From Lama glama (Eukaryota), in contig CM052818.1 of NCBI GenBank assembly GCA_028534125.1, positions 8,186,001 through 8,250,000 of the forward strand: a stretch of DNA of 64,000 nt, written 5' to 3'. Positions 53,018-64,000 of this stretch are shown here, one piece after another (within the stretch, counting starts at the first letter, position 1; each line of letters starts with the position of its first letter). A program made the translations under genes and the position numbers. Under the pieces are notes generated by a model. That model made no database searches and was not told the origin of the DNA. It was given only the letters and a program-made list of their open reading frames with translations.

Positions 53018-56000
53018 GAGGCTCTGGTTCAAGGCAGCAATTAGGAAAATCTTCAACTCACCTCATCCCACAGATACACAGAATATATAGCTACATATGC
53101 AACAGTTTTCTCTGGAAGCAACCCAGAAACTAGCTGAGTGACTCCTATACATAAAACAAAGAGAAAAAAACCACATTGAAATGGGTAAGAGAGACTGAAA
53201 CACAGTCTTGCAACAAACTCCACACTCACTACATGGCAACCCACAATTGGAACTCTGAACTCCAAGCTTTTCCCTGAAAGGGAGAGGGTTTGAACCCTAC
53301 ATCTGCTTTCCTAACTTTTAAGAGCCCCCAAACATCTAGCTTTGAAAGTCAGTGGAGCTTGCATCCACAAGACCCACATAGCTGTGACAAACAAGAAAGC
53401 AGTTCTTAAAAGTGCTCACAGACTCACCCAGTTACACCCAGGGCCCAGGGCAGAGGCTTCAACTGAAAAATCACCCAATCCTTTCCGTGAAAGAAGCCGA
53501 TTTACTTGTCTTAAATCTTCAGCCTGAGGAGCAGGCATCTAATTTAATACATATCTAGATGCCTACTGAAACACTTTACAAAAATATAAGCTAATGCTCT
53601 CCCTCTGCCTTCCTCCAGGTCACTGGTATCTACCGAAAAAACAACTGTGCACTCACTTGTCTGGCATCTCAGTTTTTGTAGCTGCCAACCAGGGGACGTC
53701 TTGATCACCTGGCTCTGGTGGCCAACAGTGCTTACACATTCTCAGATCCGACAGGACTATAATAAATGGAGAACGAGTTCTTAACTGGCTATCCCCAGGG
53801 CACAGTGAAGAGGCAGCAGACTGAATCGCCCAATATTTCTGTGAAAGAAACATATTAGCTTATCTTCATAATTATGGCCTGAGGGAATGGCTTCTATTCT
53901 AATTAGACACACATCTAAGGGCCAACTATAATCCTCTCCAGGGATCTCAGAGGACAGGTGCTAGCTTAGCATTCTCCCTCTGCCTCACTCCAGGTCGCCA
54001 GTGTCTCCAAGAAAGGAGCCTGTGTACACGTCTGGCACCCTGACTTTATGTCTGGCACCCAGAGGACACATCCCTTAATAGCCTGGCTCTGGTGGCCAGT
54101 GGGACTTGTGTTCACAGGTTCAATGGGACAGTAGCAAACAAAGAAACAGTTCTTAACTAGCTATCACTCCAGGGCTCAGTGCAGAAGGAGCTGACAGAAA
54201 TGCCCATCTCCCAGTCTTCCCCTGAAGGGGATACGTTTGCATACTTGAAAAGCTGCTGCCTGAGGGTCTGGCTTCCAATCAGCATGAATCTAAGTGTTGA
54301 CTGACATTCTCCCCTTTGGGACACTGACAGGCCTTGGCACACCCTCAAATACTGGGAGCCACTCAGAATAAAGTAGGCTGCTTGGACAATCACAAAGGTT
54401 TGAAAGACAACCAACAGCTAGGGAAGGGTTGAATGACAAGGATCATTTCTACAAAAGGCCACTTCTTCATGACTAGGAGAGAGAAACCAACACGTAGAGT
54501 CAAGGAAAATGCATAGAAACCAACACGTAGAGTCAAGGAAAATGAAGAAACAAAGAAAAATGTTTCAAACAAAACAACACGGTAAAAGTAAAAACAAGAC
54601 CTTAATGAAACACAAATGTTATTTATCTGATAAAGACTTCAAAATGGCAGTCATGAAGATGATCACTGATCTTGGGAGAAAAATACATGAACTAAGTGAG
54701 AACTTCAACAAAGAGACAGAAAATGGAAATGTTAGCTATTTCGATTGTGGTAGTGATTTCACTGGTGTATACATCTACCAACATTGATCAGATTGTACAC
54801 CTGAAATACGTGTAATTTACTATACAGGAACCATACCACAGTAAAGGTGTTTTTTTAAAAAGAGACAGAAAATATGAGAAAGTGCCAAATACAAATCACA
54901 GAGCTGATGATCTCAATAACAGCACTGAAAAATACAATAGAGGGATTCAACAGCACACTAGATAAAGTGGAAGAAAGGATCAGTGAATGGAAGACAAGGC
55001 AGTGGAACTCATCCAATCAGAGCAGCAAAAAGAAAAAAAGAAAAGAGTGAAGACAGCTTGAGGGACTTACGGGAAAACAAGCGGACCAATATTCACATTA
55101 TAGTGATCCCAGGTTGAGAAGAGAGGGAGAAAGGGACAGACCTTAGTTGAAGAAATAATTACAAAAAACTTCCCTCACCTGGGAAGGAAATAGGCTTACA
55201 GATCCAGGAAGCCCAGAGTTCCAAAAAGATGAACCTGAAGAGATCCACACCAAGACACATTACAGTTAAATTCTAAAATGTTAAAGACAAGGAGAAAAAT
55301 CTTAAAAGCAGCAAGAGGAAAACAACGTGTTACATACAAGGGAACCCCCATTAGACTATCAGGAAACTTTTCACCAGAAACTTTGCAAGCCAGAAGGGAG
55401 TGGCATGATATATTCAAAGTGCTGGGGGTGGGGGAGCAACTACTAACCAAGAATACTCTCCCTGGTAAAGTTGTCCTTCAGATTTAAAGGAGAGATAAAG
55501 AGTTTTCCAGATGAGCAAAAACTAAGTAAGCGAGTTTATCACCACTCGCCTGGCCTTAAAAGAAGTGTTAAAGAGACCTCTTTAAGCTGAAACAAAAGGG
55601 TGCTAATTAGTAACCAAAAAAGTGAAAGTATAAATCTCACTTGTAAAGGTAAATATGTAGTAAAATTCAAAATAATCTAATGATGTAAAGGTGGTTGGTT
55701 AATTAGTTACAAAGTTAGCATGAAGATTAAAACAAAAAAGTAGTAAAAATAACTATCACTACAATAATTTGTTAATGAATTCACAAGACAAAAAATGTAA
55801 ACTGTGATATCAGAAACATAAAATATAGGAGGTAGGAGAAAAAAGTGTCAGGTTTAGAAGGCATTCAAACTTAAGTTAGCAACTTAAAATATAATGTTAT
55901 AATAAGTTGTTTTATGTAAACCTCATGGTAAGCAGAAAGCAGAAACCTGTAGCAGATACAGAAAATACAGAGAAAGGAATCTAAGCATACTATTATAGAA

Positions 56001-59000
56001 AATCATCAAATCACAAAGGAAAAGAGCCAGAAAAGAAAAAGGAAGAAATAAATTACAAAACTGCCAAAAAAAAAAAAAAACAATTAGCATAATGACAATG
56101 GTGCCTACAAGAGAATCACTTCAGATGTAAGGATACACACAGACTGAAAGTGAAGGGGTGGAAAAGTATTACTTCAAACAAATGGAAACTAAAAGAAAGC
56201 TGGAGTAGCTATACTTAATATAGATAGACGAAGTAGGTTTTAAGACAAAGACTGTAGTAAGAGATAAAGAAGGTTATATAATAATAAAGGCATTAATAAA
56301 ACAAGGGAATATAACATTTATAAATATTTATTCATTCAAATAAGGAGCACTTAAACATATAAAGGAAATGTTAACAAATCAAAAGGGGTCATAGACAGCA
56401 AGAGAAAAATATTAAGGAACTTTAATAACCCACTTTCATCAATGGATGGATCATGCAGACAGAAAATCAAAAAGGAAACACTGGACTTAAATGACACGTT
56501 AGACTAAATGGACTTAACAGACACATACAGAACATTCCATCCAAAAGCAACAGAATACACATTCTTCTCAAGCACACAAGGAACATTCTCCAGGATATAT
56601 CATATGTTAGGCCATGAAACAGTCTTAATAAATATAAGACGACTGAATTACATTGGGCATCTTTTCCAACCAAAATGGTAATGAAACTAGAAACCAGTCA
56701 TAAGAAGGAAATTGAAAAATGCATAAATACTTGGCAATAAAACGATAAGCTACTGAACAATCAACTGATTAAAGAAGAAGTAAAAGAGCAAAAAATACCT
56801 TGAAAAAAATGAAAATGGAAATAAAACATACTATAACTTATAAAATGCAGCAAAAGCAGTTAAAAGAGAGAAGTTCATAGTGATAAGTACCTATTTAAGA
56901 AATAAGAAAGGTTCCAAGTAAACAACCTAACTTTACACCTCAAGGAACTAGAAAAAGGATGAACAAACTAAGCCCAAAGTTGGTAGAAAGAAGGAAATAA
57001 CAAAGACCAGAATGAAAATAAATGAAATAGAGACTAAAAAAGAGAGAGAGAACTTAAATAACATCAGAAATGAAAGAGACATTACAACTGATACCACAGA
57101 AATAGAAAGGATCGTAAGAAACTACTATGAATAATTACACACTAACAAATTAAACAACCTAGAAGAAATGAATGAATTACCAGAATCATGAAACCTGCCA
57201 AGATAAATTTTGAGAATATAGGAAATCTGAACAGACCAATAATTAGTAAAGGAATTGAATCACTAATCAAAAAATTTCCATAAAAGAAAAGTCCAGGACC
57301 AGATAGCTTCACCAGTGACTCCTACCAATAATTTATATATCAATACCAATCCTTCTCAAACTCTTCCAAAAAGCAGCAGAGCACGGAAACTTCCAAACTC
57401 ATTTTACAAGACCAGATAAGGATGCCACAAAAAATAAAATTATAGGCCAATACGCCTGATGAACATAGATGCAAAAATCCTTCAACAAAATATTAGCAGA
57501 CTGAATCCATCAATACATTAAAAAGATCATACATCATGATCAAGTGGGATTTTTCCAGAGATGCAAGGATTTTTAAATATCTGCAAGTCAATGTGTTATA
57601 CTACATTAACAAAATGAAGTATAAAAACCATATGATCATCTCAATAGTTGTAGAAAAAGCATCTGGCAAAACTCAACATCCAGTTTTCATAAAAACTCTC
57701 AACAAAGTGGGTACAGAGGGAACATACTTCAACATAATAAAAGCTATATATGACAAGTCCACAGCTAACATCATACTTAATGGTGAAACCTGAAAGTTTT
57801 TCCCATTAAAATCAGGAACAAGACAATAATGCCACTCGCACCACTCCTATTTAACCCAATACTCAAAAGTCATAGCCAGAGCATCTAGGCAAGAAAAAGA
57901 AATAAAAGGCATCCAAATTGGAAAAGAAAAAGTAAAACTGTCGCTATTAACAGATAACATAATTTTATATACAGAAAACCCTAAAGACTCCACCAAAAAA
58001 CCGTTAAAACTGATAAATTCAGTAAACTTTCAGGATACAAAAATCAGTAGAAAAATTTGTTGTGTTTCTATACACTAGTAACAAACTGTCAGAAAGGGAT
58101 ATTAAGAAAAGAATCCCATTTATAGTTGTATCATAAAGAATAAAATACCAAGGAATAAATTTAACCAGAAAGGCAAAAGACCTGTACACTGAAAATAAGA
58201 CACTGATGAACAACACTGAAGACGACACAAATAAATGGAAACATGTATTTATGGATTGGAAGAACCAATATTGTTAAAATGTCCATATTACCCAAAGCAA
58301 TCTACAGATTCAATGCAATCCCCATCAAAATTTCAGTGGCATTTTTCACAGAAACAAAACAAACAATCCTAAAATTGTATGGGACGACAAAAGACTCCAA
58401 ATAGCCAAAGGAAGCCTGAGAAAGAACAAAACTAGAGGCATCATGATTCCTGATTTCAAACTATATTACAAGCGATAGTAATCAAAACAACATGATATTG
58501 GCATATAAACAGACACATAGATCAATGAAACAGAACTAAGAGCTTAGACATAAACCTACAAATATATGGTCAATTAATTTATAACAAAGGAACCAAGAAC
58601 GTACAATGGGGGAAGGACAGTCTCTTCAATAAATGGTAATGGGGAAACTGGACAGTCACATGCAGAAGAATGAAACTGGACCACTATCTTACATCATATA
58701 CAAAAGTTAAGTCAAAATTCATTAAAGACTCCTAGAAGAAAATATAGACAGTAAGTGCCCTGATATCAATCTTGGCGATGACTTTCCAGATTAGACAACA
58801 AAAGCAAAGGAAACAAATGCAAAAATAAACAAGGGAATCTCCATAAAACTACAAAGCCTCTGCACAGCAAAAGAAGCCATTAATAAAATGAAAAGGCAAC
58901 CTACAGACTGGGAGAAAATATTTGCAAGTCATGTATTTGATAAGGGGTTAATATCCAAAATATATAAAAACTCATACAACTTAAACAATCTGATTAAAAA

Positions 59001-59998
59001 ATGGGCAGAGGATGTGAATAGATACTTTTCTAAAGAAGACAAACAGATGGCCAACAGGTACACGATAAGGTGCTCAACATTACTAATCATCAGAGAAATG
59101 CAAATCAAAACCACAATAAGATATCTCTTGTGAGAATGGCTGTCATCAAAAAGACAAGAAATAACAAGTGTTAGTGAGGATGTGGAGAAAAAGGAACACT
59201 CATGCATTGTTGGTATGAACGTAAATTCATACCACCACCACGGAAAACACTATAAAGGTTTCTCAAAAATTAAAAATAGAACTACCAGATAATCCAGCAA
59301 TAACCTGAATTTATCTGGGTATTTATCTGAAGAAAATGAAAGAACTAACTTGAAAAGATATCTGCACCCCCATGTTCACTGCAGCATTATTTACACTGGC
59401 CAAGGTATGGAGCCAACCTAAGCATCCATCAGTGACTGAACTGGTAAAACAATGTGAGACACACACATACACACACAATGGAATGTTATTCAGTGATAAT
59501 AATGAAGGAAATCCTACCATTTGTGACCACATGGATGGACCATGAGAGCATTACACTAAGTGAAATAAGCTAGACTGAGGAAGACAACAGTATGATCTCA
59601 TTTATATGTGCAATCTAAAAACAAAACATCCAAACCCATAGATGTAGAGAACAGATTGGTTGCTTGCTAGAGGTGGGGACTGAGAGGTGGGCTAAACAGA
59701 TCAAGGGGGCAAAAGATACAAACTTCCACTTATAGAATAAATGTCATGGGTATGTAATGTACAGAAAGGTACATACTGAATAATACTGTATTGTATATTT
59801 GAAAGTTGTTCAGAGAGCAGATATTAAAAGTTCTCATCACAAGAGAAAAATGTTTAACTATGTTTGGTAATACATGTTAACTAGACATATTTTGGTGATG
59901 ATTTTGCAATATATAAACAACAAATCATTATGTTGTACATCTGGAACTAATATAATGTATAATTTTTATATATAAATGTAATTTTTAATATGTTATTA
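53018..59998 (+). mobile_element. Full-length (~7 kb) inactive L1 (L1MA9-like/laurasiatherian) with TSDs
   Basis: 5' UTR with ~374-bp repeats; ORF1 (KILKAARGKQRVTYKGTPIRLSGNFSPETLQARREWHDIFKVL); ORF2 ([15 protein letters not shown]...); 3' UTR. Flanks aaatttaaaagttaatgtccaaa (52995-53017) and aaatttaaaaattaaggtccaaa (59999-60021). Confidence 0.94.
54725..54858 (+). mobile_element. 134-bp old-type L1 3'-end sequence inserted in ORF1 of the full-length L1
   Basis: Perfect 15-bp TSD aaagagacagaaaat at 54710-54724 and 54859-54873. The insert ggaaatgtt...gattgtggtagtgatttcactggtgtatacat...ttgtacac resembles L1MB-ME termini. Confidence 0.8.
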
Positions 59999-60780
59999 AA
60001 ATTTAAAAATTAAGGTCCAAACATTTATTAGATTAAACATACATATAATTATCCTGTCAAATGGTCATAAAAGCTTATAATTGCTTTTTCTCATGTTTTT
60101 CTTTTTTTCATTACAAATAATAAACAGTTCCTAGACCAGCCAGTAAACAGTTTGCAGATCAATTACTGGTCTTCATTCCATACTTTGAATAACAGCGGTC
60201 TAAGAGTAACGCCTTGTTGAATTTACTGAGGAAGCTCATGTAATAAATCTGTGATGAAACAGCAGCAACACTGGCTGTGTTTAAGTCAAAAAGGCCTAAT
60301 GGATATGCACCTAAGAGACTTAAGACACTGGTTAATGATCACAAATAATTATTTTTTCTTTAAGCATCATAGTGGTCAGCTTAACACTAACAACTTTCTT
60401 GATCAGATAGTGAAAGAAATTATCCAGCAATTTAACATCCTTCCTGTAAAACTAATGAGACCATGATACAACCAGCAAGGACTTTCTCAAAAGCTATTCT
60501 CATCGTATCAGTTTATTTCCATCACAGTCCACATGTTACAATCTACATACCCCAATTTTAAAAGGCTTTGTGTCCTGTATTCCAAAACAAGCTAGAAAGT
60601 GTTTTAATCTTAAACACCTCTCTACCACTTCAATAATAAAGCAATCATTGATCATTTACAATATGCCAGGCATTCTGCTAAGTGCTTTAGTACTATGCTA
60701 CAGTTAGCTATCCTCTATGTAAAGAATAACTATCACTCACTTTATTTACTTAAGTAGAAATAAATGTCAATTTAAATAAA

Positions 60781-60826
60781 TTTAAAAGGGGAAATCTTGG
60801 CATTTCCCCTTTTAAAAGGGGGAAAT
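60781..60826. repeat. Triple inverted repeat (A-A'-A)
   Basis: tttaaaaggggaaat / cttggc / atttccccttttaaa is a perfect 15-bp stem, overlapped by a third copy tttaaaagggggaaat. Confidence 0.9.
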
Positions 60827-60896
60827 TGATAGAAATGAATTTAAGGGTTGAAAAATAGGGTAATATTCTTGTAGTCTGGGAAAAGGTTATCTAGAC

Positions 60897-62220
60897 TAGA
60901 GATCCACAAAATATAGCCCATGAGCCAAGTCTGATTGCCATCTGTTTTTGTAGAGCCCACAAGCTAGAATGGTTTTCACATTTTTTAATGTTTTGGAAAA
61001 AATCAAAGAACAACAATATTTTGCAACACATGGAAGTTGTTTGAAATTCAATTTCAATGTCTATGTATAAAGTTTTATTGGAGCACAGCCATGCTTATTC
61101 TTTCACATATTGGTTATGGCTATTTTCATGCTACAATAGCAGAACTGAGTAGCACTTTGAACAGCTGCCTAGCACACTGCAAAATTCAGTGGCACAGTTA
61201 TAAATCCACAGCCACAAGAGCCACACATATTGCCATACTACAACTTTTAATTTTATTTTTATTACCAGTGTATGCTCATCTTATCAAAACCAGAAAAGAA
61301 AATCAGACTTCAAATGTCATGCTTTTATAAAGGCATAGTGGAGCATGGATTGTTTCGTTGTCAAATTAGATGGCAAATCATCATGTTTCCTATGCAATGA
61401 CACAATAGCTGTGCACAAAAGAATCCAATACACATCAATATTACCACTCAGAGAACTCATCACAACATCCTCTTATAGGTAACAAGTTGTGTTGTCAAGT
61501 TGTCAAGAAACGAGGTCTATATTCCCACACAAAGTTGAAGTAGATGTACCTTCTAATCTCAAACCAAATTCTAGCAAAGGTAAACAACTGTTCCAATTTT
61601 AGCTCAGTCCCAGAAAATTCAATCAACTGGTCTCCGTAATTCCAGCAGCATTTTTTGGATCTGGATGCAAATGCCAAGGAAATTTCTGTATTTCAAAACC
61701 CATCAACTATGCAATTGAGGAGCTTCCACCCAACCTGCAATTGGAAGTGATTAATCTGCAATGTAATGACATGCTAAAAGGCAAATATCAAGAGAAGAAT
61801 GTAATAGAATTCTATAAGATGGTGCTCATGGATGGATATCAATGTGTGGTATTATTTATCTGTTTGAAAGTGCACATTCAGGAGTGAAATATATTAAATA
61901 TCATCAGAAATCAGCATTAAGAGATGAACATTTGCAGATGAGTTTGATCAGAGAGAAAACACTAACTCTGAACTACAATTAAATGAAATGCTATTCTCCA
62001 TTCCTATTGGATGTGTACCATAAAAAACAAACAACCCAACAAAAAACCCTGTACTCAAAGACTCAATGATACTATTACAGTTTAAATTTCATCAAGGAAA
62101 ACATTTTAGAACCTCTCTCCCTTGCTATGTAAGTATTTACATAATATCTTCAAGTTTCCATATTGGCCTACAAAACCTAAAACATTTACTAATTGGCCCT
62201 TTACATAACATAGACCCCTT
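60897..62220 (+). mobile_element. Internally deleted Cheshire-like hAT-Charlie transposon with transposase pseudogene
   Basis: MER58-type termini and an 8-bp TSD atctagac (60889-60896, 62221-62228). Broken translation gives KRKSDFKCHAF/KA*WSMDCFVVKLDGKSSCFLCNDTIAV and AIEELPPNLQLEVINLQCNDMLKGKYQEKNVIEFYK...KSALRDEHLQ. Confidence 0.88.
61576..61638. mobile_element. Shortened MER81-like MITE nested in the transposase
   Basis: Ends aaaggtaaacaactgttcc / aactggtctccgta resemble the TAGGGTGACCAAC.../...GTTGGTCACCCTA termini. 8-bp TSD attctagc/attccagc. Confidence 0.5.
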
Positions 62221-63881
62221 ATCTAGACTAAGGCAAATATAGTTAAGGAATGGGGACAGTCACAGTTGACAAGAAACTAAATAAAGAAGTAACACTGGCT
62301 TTTATGAGAAAAATTAACAGAAGTGGTATGCATCTAAAAGACTGTTAACATATCAGAGTCAGAAACAATCACTTCATTATATCAATCTAATTAGATGTCC
62401 ATCTAGACTCTAGATCATAGATTTTAACACTTACATTATGGAAGTTAATTATCCTTTCTATGAAGAAACTGGCATGGATTCAGGGAAGAGTGACAGTGAC
62501 TAATATGGTGAAACTTAGTGTTTATTTTTATATGTTTTGAAAACTATAGCTCTTAAGCTCAAAAATGCCAAGATTACAAAGATAACAATTACTATTTAAA
62601 ACTATACAAAGTACATTGAGCTATTTTATTGTCAGAGAAAAATTTTAAAAACAGAAATTAAAGCAGGGTGGTTTGTTTTAGTTTGTTTAGTCATAAGAAT
62701 AATTTGTTGACTATCAGGAAGACAAAATGTTAATACCCGTTTCTGAGAGTTTTGGTTATGGTTAATTTTATACTCCTAGATATCTTCCAGAATAGAACCA
62801 CCACCTTATTGTAGGATTTAAACTTTTAGCTACCTAGAGGCAAGAGCCAATCCATTAGTTTTCAAAAATCAGATGTTCTATGAAAGCATTACAATCCAGA
62901 TTTCACAAGACAGCTCCATACCATATTAGAAATGTTATGAAAATTTTAAGCCATATAGCTAATATCCCAGTTGATACAAAAATATCACAAAATAGCAAGT
63001 AATTTACAGTTAATGACAGACAAGTAACATGTATTTTTATAAATGTATAATATCATTAAGGTGTTTCTTGGTGTTAGGACTACAAGGAGAAATAAGATGC
63101 TACTGATAAGCTGAAGAAAACTTATCATCTACTTAAGAAGGCAGACTAAATAAATAAAGGAAATAAATAATAAGTAAACATAAGCCTAGTGCCAAATGAG
63201 TGATATATGCATGAATGCACCAAGTACTTTAACAGAAACATAATTGGGACTTATAAATACCACCACTTATACAAAAATGAAAATATGTAAATCACTGTCT
63301 ACTTACTACTCATCAATAATGAGAAATTAGATTGTGGCAGTAATGACACTTCTTTTCTCTCAACCTAATGGCATATAAAGCTAAGTAAAGATAAGTCTTT
63401 TAAAAGCATCATTTTGATGTACTAACCCAGAGACAACAGGTCTCACATCACTGCTATGAGAACAAATAACCCACTAATCAAGTACGGTATTCTTTGCCAT
63501 CGAGAAACAAAAAAGGCCTCATAAAACTTTTCAATACAGTTCCCCAGGAAACCACCACTAATCATCCAGACTTGGCACTTAGGATGAAATTTATCTGCCA
63601 TGCAAGTTTCTAATCTCTTGAAGAACGGAAGAAACAATAAAGGCATAGTCTACTCATTTGATTTCAGTACATTAACCATAACATGTATGTATAAGAATAA
63701 CTAGCATTTTCATACTATTTTGAAATTTGGTTATTGCTTTTTCTAGAGTTTTAAGTATTTTAAGCTATGATTATTTTAAGTGTTGCTCTTTTAGTGAGGA
63801 TATTAAAAGCTTCTATTAATAATTTTTGTTAAAGTCCTTTATAGATTTTAAGATAATTAATGTTTTGATCTTTTATTTTAG

Positions 63882-63913
63882 AAGAAAACATGAGAGAAGA
63901 CTGCATCGGACAG
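63882..63913 (+). other. Candidate 32-nt internal exon
   Basis: ttttgatcttttattttag|AAGAAAACATGAGAGAAGACTGCATCGGACAG|gtaaaa. Two frames are open (RKHERRLHRT; ENMREDCIGQ). Confidence 0.35.
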
Positions 63914-64000
63914 GTAAAACATTTTCTCTTACTGTTTCTTAGACATCTAAATTTCAAAAGAAAAGGATACTTTATGTGATTATTTTGAACTTGGGAAAAG

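Noticed and set aside
7426..59207. ORF-track entries with convincing protein-like sequence (e.g. 7426, 8113, 8470, 55278, 57536, 58888)
   Set aside because: They are fragments of L1 ORF1p/ORF2p broken by stops and frameshifts, not host genes or an active element.
63443..63646. 67-aa minus-strand ORF with a hydrophobic C-terminus in unique DNA
   Set aside because: No recognisable homology and no clear splice or promoter context. Its length is within chance expectation.
1..64000. CRISPR arrays, operons, CpG-island promoter or other prokaryote-style systems
   Set aside because: The sequence is mammalian, repeat-rich and CpG-depleted. No spaced direct-repeat array, long ORF or CpG island is present.

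Overview
AT-rich, CpG-poor mammalian genomic DNA, almost certainly from a camelid. The evidence is three tRNA-derived Vic-1-type SINEs and a camelid-type L1 3' tip. Roughly half or more of the window is decayed LINE-1, mostly on the + strand, including a ~7 kb full-length copy with intact TSDs and a ~10 kb ancient copy carrying nested insertions. The rest is MaLR/ERVL solo LTRs, hAT DNA-transposon fossils (six MER58, one Cheshire-like element with transposase remnants, MER63, MER33/MER3, MER5, MER81), MIR/L2 relics and microsatellites. No intact protein-coding gene is recognisable, and the ORF track is L1 debris or chance ORFs. Several short exon-like segments with good splice signals lie in unique DNA, so the window is probably intronic, but the host gene cannot be named. 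The most notable items are a ~630 bp CpG-decayed 28S rRNA retrocopy, a 30-nt U6 retrocopy with a perfect 15-bp TSD, a ~360 bp-arm fold-back formed by one L1 inserting inverted into another, an apparently older L1 3' end inside a younger L1 with a perfect TSD, and a triple inverted repeat. I found no convincing novel multi-gene system. Repeat family names come from recalled consensus sequences, not a database search, and many boundaries are approximate.
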